The notes under the pieces are model-generated. The model was given only the letters and a program-made list of their open reading frames with translations. It ran no database searches and was not told the DNA's origin. Below are positions 58,227 through 64,000 of a stretch of 64,000 nucleotides of DNA, piece by piece (within the stretch, counting starts at the first letter, position 1; the number at the start of each line of letters is the position of its first letter). The stretch spans positions 479,915-543,914 of the forward strand of contig CAWAMW010000017.1 in NCBI GenBank assembly GCA_963783305.1. The letters are read 5' to 3'. Both the position numbers and the translations under genes were made by a program. The stretch comes from an uncultured Gemmatimonadales bacterium (GTDB lineage: Bacteria; Gemmatimonadota; Gemmatimonadetes; Longimicrobiales; RSA9).

Positions 58227-59086
58227 TGACCGTCACACTTGGCCCCCCGTTCTCCTACTACGGCGGGAAAACGACGATGGCCGCCGGAATCGCCTCCCTC
58301 CTCCCCGCTCACACTCACTACGTGGAGCCGTTCGCCGGATCCCTCGCAGTGCTGTTGGCGAAACCTCCGTCGGCTTTCGAGACGATCAATGACCTCGACA
58401 ACAACATCGTCACGTTTTGGCGAGTCCTCCGCGACCACCCGACACTCATGCGCGTCTGCGCACAGACCCCCCACTCCCGCGCCGAATACCTCGCCTGTCA
58501 ACGAGACTTTGACGCCCCCAGCATCACCGACGTCGAACAAGCCCGCCGCGTCTGGACCAACCTGACCCAAGGCCGCGCCGGCACCCTCACCGGCACCGGA
58601 TGGCGACACATCCAAAACCCCGAAGCCCACCGTTTCTCCATGCACGGCTACCTCGATGCCTACGTGGACCGGATGAGGAGCGCCGCCGGCCGCCTCGCCA
58701 ACGTCTCCCTCGAGGCGCGCGACGCCCTCGACGTCATCCGCGACTACGGCAAGCACCCCACCATCTGCATCTACGCCGACCCGCCCTACCTCGGCGCCAC
58801 CCGCAGCTCGCGCCAGTACCTCCACGAGCTCGACGGCGTCGAGGACCGCGAGCGGCTCGCCGAGGCACTCCACGACTGTCAAGCATCAGTGGTCTTGTCC
58901 GGCTATCACTCTGACCTCTACGCCTCCCTCTACGCCGACTGGCACCACACCGAGGTCGCCGCCTTCACCGGGCAATCCAACGCCAACGGCCGCCGCACCG
59001 AGGTCCTGTGGTCCAACCGCCCCCTCGCCCACGCCGATACCCTCGACTTCACCGACGACGACAAGGAAGGGATCACCGCCTCGTGA
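58226..59086 (+). CDS. Phage DNA adenine methyltransferase (Dam/D12 class)
   Basis: YYGGK, YVEPFAGS, NDLD, YADPPY, EVLWSN; TGATG coupling at both ends. Confidence 0.9.
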   Translation: MTVTLGPPFSYYGGKTTMAAGIASLLPAHTHYVEPFAGSLAVLLAKPPSAFETINDLDNNIVTFWRVLRDHPTLMRVCAQTPHSRAEYLACQRDFDAPSITDVEQARRVWTNLTQGRAGTLTGTGWRHIQNPEAHRFSMHGYLDAYVDRMRSAAGRLANVSLEARDALDVIRDYGKHPTICIYADPPYLGATRSSRQYLHELDGVEDRERLAEALHDCQASVVLSGYHSDLYASLYADWHHTEVAAFTGQSNANGRRTEVLWSNRPLAHADTLDFTDDDKEGITAS

Positions 59087-61629
59087 TGAGCGACCACGAC
59101 ACCCAGCCCACCCCCGGGCCCTACGCCACCGCCGCCCCCACCTACTGGCAGGCCGGCTGGCGCGGGGTGCTGCCACTGCCCGCCGGGGCGAAAACCCCCG
59201 TCCCCCGCGGGTGGACCGGCGCCCACGGCGGGTGGCCCTCCTACGCCGACGTGCACGCCTGGACCGAGGAGCAGCCCGGCGGGAACATCGCCCTCCGCCT
59301 GCCCCCCGACGTCCTCGGCGTCGACGTCGACTCCTACGGCGACAAGCCCGGCGGCCTCGTCCTCGCCTCCCTCGAGGAGCGCCTCGGGGCGCTGCCCGCG
59401 ACGTGGCGCACCACCAGCCGCGACGACGGAACCTCCGGCATCCGCCTCTACCGCATCCCCCCCGGCCTGCGCTGGCCCGGCGTCCTCGGCCCCGGCATCG
59501 AAACCATCCGCTTCGAGCACCGCTACGCCCTCGCGTGGCCCTCAGTCCACCCCACCGGCGGCACCTACCGGTGGATCACCCCCGACGGCGCCACCGCCCT
59601 CGGCGTCGTCCCCACCCCCGAAGACCTCCCCACGCTCCCCAAGCGTGGGTCGACCACTTCACCGGCGGGCAGACCGCCACCGACCAGCCCCACGCCGACC
59701 TCACCGACACCGCCGCCGCCGACTGGGTCGCCACCCGGCGCCGGCGCGCCCTGCCGCCACGTGGACAGCGCCCTCACCGCCGGCCTGAACGGCCTCACCG
59801 CCGCCACCTCCCGCCACGACGCCACCCTGCAACTGACCAACCGGCTCGTCTGGCTCGCGGGCGAGGGCCACACCGGCGCCGCGGCCGCGCTCACCCAGAC
59901 CCGGCAGGCGTTCACCACCGTCGTCGCCCCGACCGCGGCGAACGGGAGGCCGCCGCCGAGTGGGACCGTATGGTCGCCGGCGCCGTCCGCATCGCCGCCG
60001 CCGCCCACCCCAACCCCGCCACGATCGACCCCTGCAACGACCCGTTCCACGGACTCATCCCACGAAAGGACCAGCCATGCCCGAGCACGCCTGCGCCCCC
60101 ACGAGCACCCCAGCGAGCGCCCCAGCGACTTCGGACCTCCCTGGCCCGACGGTCACGACCCCGACTCCAACAAGTGCCCCGACGACGAGCACCGCCTCAA
60201 CACCTGCGCATGGTGCGTTGGAAGCGGAGTCGTGGACGACTTCGACGGCGAACAGCCCTGTGCCAGATGCGACGGGCGAGGCCACCTCCACAACTGACGG
60301 AGAGCCGGAGCGCACCACCTGGTGGCCGCGCGACCTCGAACCCACCCTCGCCGGCGAGGAAGACGACGAGCCCGGACCGGCTTTCCTGCTCCGCGACGAC
60401 GGGCAGGCCCTGTTCTACCCCGGCCGCGTCAACGGACTCCTCGCGCCGTCCGAGTCCGGCAAAACATGGCTCGCGCTCCTCGCCGTCGCACAGGCCGCCC
60501 GGGCTGGCGCCCGCGTCACCATCGTCGACTTCGAGGACACCCACAAGGGCGTCATCGGCCGCCTCTTGCTCCTCGGGCTCACCCCCGAGGAGATCCGCAC
60601 CCACATCGCCTACATCGGCCCCGACGAGCCCTACCACCCGTTCCTGTCGGACACCGGGCGCGACCTGACCGAGCACCTCGACACCTGGCAGCCCAAGCTC
60701 GTCGTCCTCGACGGCGTCAACGCCGCCATGACCCTTCAAGGCCTCGACCTGGTCAGCAACAAGGACGCCACCACGTTCGCCCAGCAGATCCTCAAGCCGC
60801 TGACGAAGAACGGTGCCGCCGTGGTCTACGTCGACCACACCCCGAAGTCAAAGGACAACGAGACCGCGGGCGGAATCGGCGCCCAGGCGAAACGCGCCAT
60901 GACCACCGGGTGCGCCATTCGCGTCGAGGTCAGGAAAGCATTCGGGAAAGGCCAGGACGGCACATTCACGCTGCGCGTGGACAAGGACCGCCAGGGCGAC
61001 GTCCGCGGCGCCTCCCTGCCCTCGCAGAACGGTCACTGGGCCGGCACTGCCCACCTGACGAGCAACGCCGACGGGACCGTCGAGATCGTCATCGAGTCGC
61101 CGCAGCACCGCACCGAGCACGTCAAAGACGAAACCTTCCGCCCGACACAGCTCATGCAGCGCGTCAGCGACTTCCTCGCAAGCACCCCCGACGGCTCCTC
61201 GCAGCGGGCGATCACCGACGGCGTGCGCGGCAAGGAGTCCTACATCAGGGACGCCCTCGCGGTCCTCGTCGACGAGGGTCACGTCGAGCGCCGGGAAGTC
61301 TCCGGCAGAGGCGGGACGCGCCTCGTGCACGTCCTCGTGAAGGCTTACGACCAGGCCGCCGACGGCGCCTCCTGCGACCCATTCGGAAGTGCCTCCCGAA
61401 GTGCCTCCCAGTGCATCCCGGGAGGCGGTTCGAGTGCCTCCCCTCGAAGTGCCTCCCCGTCTCCCCCCCCTACGGGGAGACGGAGGCACTTCGGGAGGAC
61501 ACGGGGGACCAGGCCGCACCCCCCGAAACGCGAAGTGACTCCCAGTCGCCCGGGCCGCACATCGGCAACCGCGTGATCGCCGGACAGAACCGCCGCGTGA
61601 ACCTCGACACCGGAGAGGTCCTCGACTGA
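59086..61629 (+). CDS. Bifunctional primase/polymerase fused to (or followed by) an AAA/RepA-type helicase; broken by several single-base indels
   Basis: VLPL..K.P, GNIALR, GVDVD, PSVHP.G..Y.W Prim-Pol motifs; APSESGKT, VDFED, VLDG, VDHTPK, DKDRQG helicase motifs; frames switch near 59640, 59745, 59930, 60100, ~61500. Confidence 0.75.
60077..60297 (+). CDS. Putative nested small zinc-finger protein (CxxCxGxG x2), needs one extra C at 60096-60100
   Basis: AAAGGA RBS plus ATG 60077; CAWCVGSG...CARCDGRG; high-GC3 codon usage in this frame. Confidence 0.5.
61388..61493. repeat. Iteron-like AGTGCCTCCC repeats with a long inverted repeat (putative phage origin)
   Basis: Direct copies at 61388, 61400, 61410 (1 mismatch), 61433, 61448; inverted copy at 61482-61493. 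Confidence 0.7.
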
Positions 61630-61976
61630 TGGCCGGCATGGACCAGCGCGTCCGAGCCCACCTCATCGGCGAAGGGCGACATCACCGAGCAAGGCCTGAC
61701 CCGCACCCCCAAGCACCGACGCTGCCCCACCTGCCGCGAGATCGTCTACGGCGCGATCGACGACCTCGGCCTCGACGCCCTGGCCTCCGCGTGGCCCGTC
61801 ACCGTCGCCGCCGAGCTCGCCGCCCACATGGCGGCCGGCGCACCTGGTCCCACGTCGCCGGCCAGCTCGTCGCCCGCTACTGGGACCGCATCGAGTCAAG
61901 AGCGCTGACGACGAGCCCGTCCACGTCGCCCACGCCTGCGGAATCCCACCCCCGGAAACGAATACCCTTTGGATGA
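61629..61976 (+). pseudogene. Frameshifted small phage hypothetical protein
   Basis: TGATG coupling at 61629; CPTC...AAELAAHMAGR read across frames; end uncertain. Confidence 0.45.
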
Positions 61977-62033
61977 AAGCACCGCCCCCCGAATACACCA
62001 ACCCACCATTCTGAGAAGAAAAAGGAGCAGGAA

Positions 62034-62336
62034 ATGGCAGAGCAGGTCCCCATGATTCCCTCACCGCTCAGCGAGGCCGAGCTCATCGAGTTCCTCGAGG
62101 CCATGCGCCAGGCGAACGCCCTCCTCGGGCAGCAGCGCGACAAGGCCCGCGAGCGGTGCGACGAGCTCGACGAGACCCGGTGCCCTCGAGGCCGCGCTCG
62201 GCGAGGCGCGTGCCGAGCGGGACGCCGTCGTCGCCCAGCTCGACACCACCTGCGCCCGCCGGGTCTCCACCACCCCGCCGAAGGCCGGCGGCTGCGACCT
62301 CGCCGAACCGCGGTTCTCGGGCAGCAGCCGTGTTGA
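62034..62336 (+). CDS. Phage hypothetical coiled-coil protein (frameshifted 3' half)
   Basis: AAGGAG RBS; helical N-terminus; frame breaks near 62180. Confidence 0.45.
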   Translation: MAEQVPMIPSPLSEAELIEFLEAMRQANALLGQQRDKARERCDELDETRCPRGRARRGACRAGRRRRPARHHLRPPGLHHPAEGRRLRPRRTAVLGQQPC

Positions 62337-62982
62337 CCCCGAAAACGTCGCGGGGAGGCACCTGTGAGCGCCGAACAGGCACAGGCGGCACACCGGGACG
62401 TCCGGGACGCCACGGGGCCTCACACGGCCACACAGAGCGTGGACGCCATCATCACCGCCCGACGGGCGGCCGTAGCCCGCGACCGCGTCGTCGTCGAACG
62501 CGTCGCCCGCGAACTGTGGGACCAGGACAACCTCTACGCCTCCTGGCCGCTCGCCCACCCCAGCGAGCGGCGCGCCCACCGGGAACGGGCGATCCTGCTC
62601 GTCAACGCCGCCTACCGCGTCCTCGGCCTCGACCCGGCCCGGCGCACCTTCGCGACGAGCCCCTGCACCCGGTGCCCGGCCAGCCCGGCCCGGTCACCGC
62701 CGACAACGACCCCGAGCTCGCCCGGCTGCGGGCCGAGAGCGACCGGTTGCCCGGTCGCCGCCGAACGGCGGTGGGCCCGCCTGACCGTCGTCGCCGCCGT
62801 CTGGGACCGCCACGTCCCCCGCACCGCCCACGGAGGCCGCGCCGCTGTGCGACTACCACCGCGCCGTCTACGTCCAACTGACCCGCAACCGCACCCATGC
62901 CCGAAGCGCAGCGGAGGGAAGTCCGCGCCAGCCTCGCCGCGTCCTGCTGCGACCACCCCCGCACGAACCGGAGATAACCCAC

Positions 62983-63162
62983 ATGAGCCTGGACCGCCGC
63001 TGCCCCACCTGCCGCAGCCACCTCGCCAAAGCCGGGAGCGTCCCACACTGCGACGGCCCGGTGTGCCCGTGGGTGCGCTGCGCCACCTGCAGCGCCGTCA
63101 TCGACCTGCGCTCCAAATCCCACATCCCCCCACGCCCCACGAACCCGAAGGACCCCGCGTGA
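62983..63162 (+). CDS. Small Cys-rich phage protein (59 aa, below the ORF-track cutoff)
   Basis: GGAG RBS; MSLDRRCPTC...HCDGPVC...CATC...; stop overlaps the next GTG. Confidence 0.6.
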   Translation: MSLDRRCPTCRSHLAKAGSVPHCDGPVCPWVRCATCSAVIDLRSKSHIPPRPTNPKDPA

Positions 63163-63999
63163 CCAAGCCCCCCGAGTACATCCCCGAGCCGATCACCGAA
63201 GCCGAGACGATCGAGCAGCGCCTGACCGAGGCATGCGCCACGATCACCGCCCACTGGGACCAGATGCTGCCCACCGGGCCAACCGGGTCCGTGGGCGCCG
63301 GCGCCGCCGTCTCACGCACCTCCACCGGGCGCGACGAGGACAACGGCGACCACAACCGCGACGTGGGCGCCGTGGACGTCGTCGTCTCGCTGCGCCACGA
63401 CGTCGTGGTGACCCTCAACAGCTGGTGCCAGGTCGTCATCGAAGCCTTCGACGTGACCACAGTCGTCCCGGACGGCCTCGACGCCAAGGCGATGGCGGCC
63501 TTCCTCGCCCGCTGGGCGCGCCACCTCTCCGGCCACGACGCCGGCCGAGACTGCGCCGACGAGGTCCACGCCGCCGCCCGGCGGTACGCGGCGTGGCCGT
63601 CCCCCACCGCCGGGACTGGGTCGGCCTCGGCGAGTGCCCCATCGAAGGCGACGACGGCCAGGTCTGCGGCGGACAAGTGCGGGCCTACCCCGAGCACCTC
63701 GACGAGGACGGCGACGCCTGGGCCTCCTGCCGGTCCTGCGGGACCAGGGCAGTCGCCTCGTGGTGGGAAACGCAAATGTTCCCCGACGGGACCAGCCGGC
63801 TCGTCACCGCCGACGGCGTCGTCACCCTGCTGCACCGCACCTACGGCCGGGTCGTCACCCCGTCGGCGGTGCGCAAGTGGGTGCAGCGTGGGCTGCTCGA
63901 GCGCTCCGGCACCGACACCGGGGCCGAGCGCTGTACTCCCCCGAAGCCGTCGTCTGGGCAATGGAGCGGCAGCGCCGGCGCGACACGCTGAGCGCCTGA
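63159..63999 (+). pseudogene. Phage Zn-ribbon plus C-terminal HTH regulator, frameshifted
   Basis: GTG 63159; LGECP...CGG...CRSCG...W; TPSAVRKWVQRG...GRALY; frame changes near 63590 and 63925. Confidence 0.6.
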
Positions 64000-64000
64000 A

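Larger units (their letters stand above)
58012..64000 (+). mobile_element. Actinobacterial phage/prophage early-replication region (indel-rich, probably chimerically joined)
   Basis: WhiB, adenine MTase, Prim-Pol/AAA helicase and small coupled ORFs all on the + strand; many frameshifts; no integrase or att site at the junction. Confidence 0.8.

Noticed and set aside
58012..58392. Novel C-terminal extension of cytochrome oxidase subunit I
   Set aside because: It is out-of-frame read-through into whiB and the methylase after the junction.
61388..61493. CRISPR array
   Set aside because: Repeats are only 10 bp with 0-13 nt spacing, lie inside a CDS, and no cas genes are present.
58012..64000. 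Programmed frameshifting or real prophage decay
   Set aside because: The indels are frequent, often at homopolymers, come with few in-frame stops and are limited to this segment; uncorrected sequencing error is simpler.

Overview
High-GC bacterial window made of two very different parts. Bases 1-~58010 are clean, frameshift-free chromosome of a Gram-negative bacterium; gene content and style suggest Gemmatimonadota, which is inference only. This part holds: an LPS-core operon containing a PorX-like REC-PglZ protein; a 7-gene periplasmic redox operon (membrane protein, 9-heme cytochrome, strongly altered NapA-like subunit, 5-heme double-NapB-like cytochrome, 4-heme cytochrome, NrfC/DsrO-like Fe-S protein, NrfD/DsrP-like anchor); an ethylene-receptor-type histidine kinase; topoisomerase IB; a csoR-copA-copZ-antiporter operon; several peptidases; an HTH_34 regulator/uppS module with a duplicated operator; serB-aminotransferase-serA; nadC-nadA with a structured leader; and coxB-coxA. 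At ~58010 coxA is cut before its last transmembrane helix. It is joined to indel-rich actinobacterial (pro)phage DNA (WhiB, adenine methylase, primase-helicase with iteron-like repeats, Zn-ribbon/HTH regulator), most likely an assembly chimera. The best candidate for an undescribed system is the redox operon, whose NapA-like subunit has lost the Mo-ligating Cys and many cofactor-contact residues but keeps its [4Fe-4S] site and Tat signal. No rRNA, tRNA or CRISPR array was seen.
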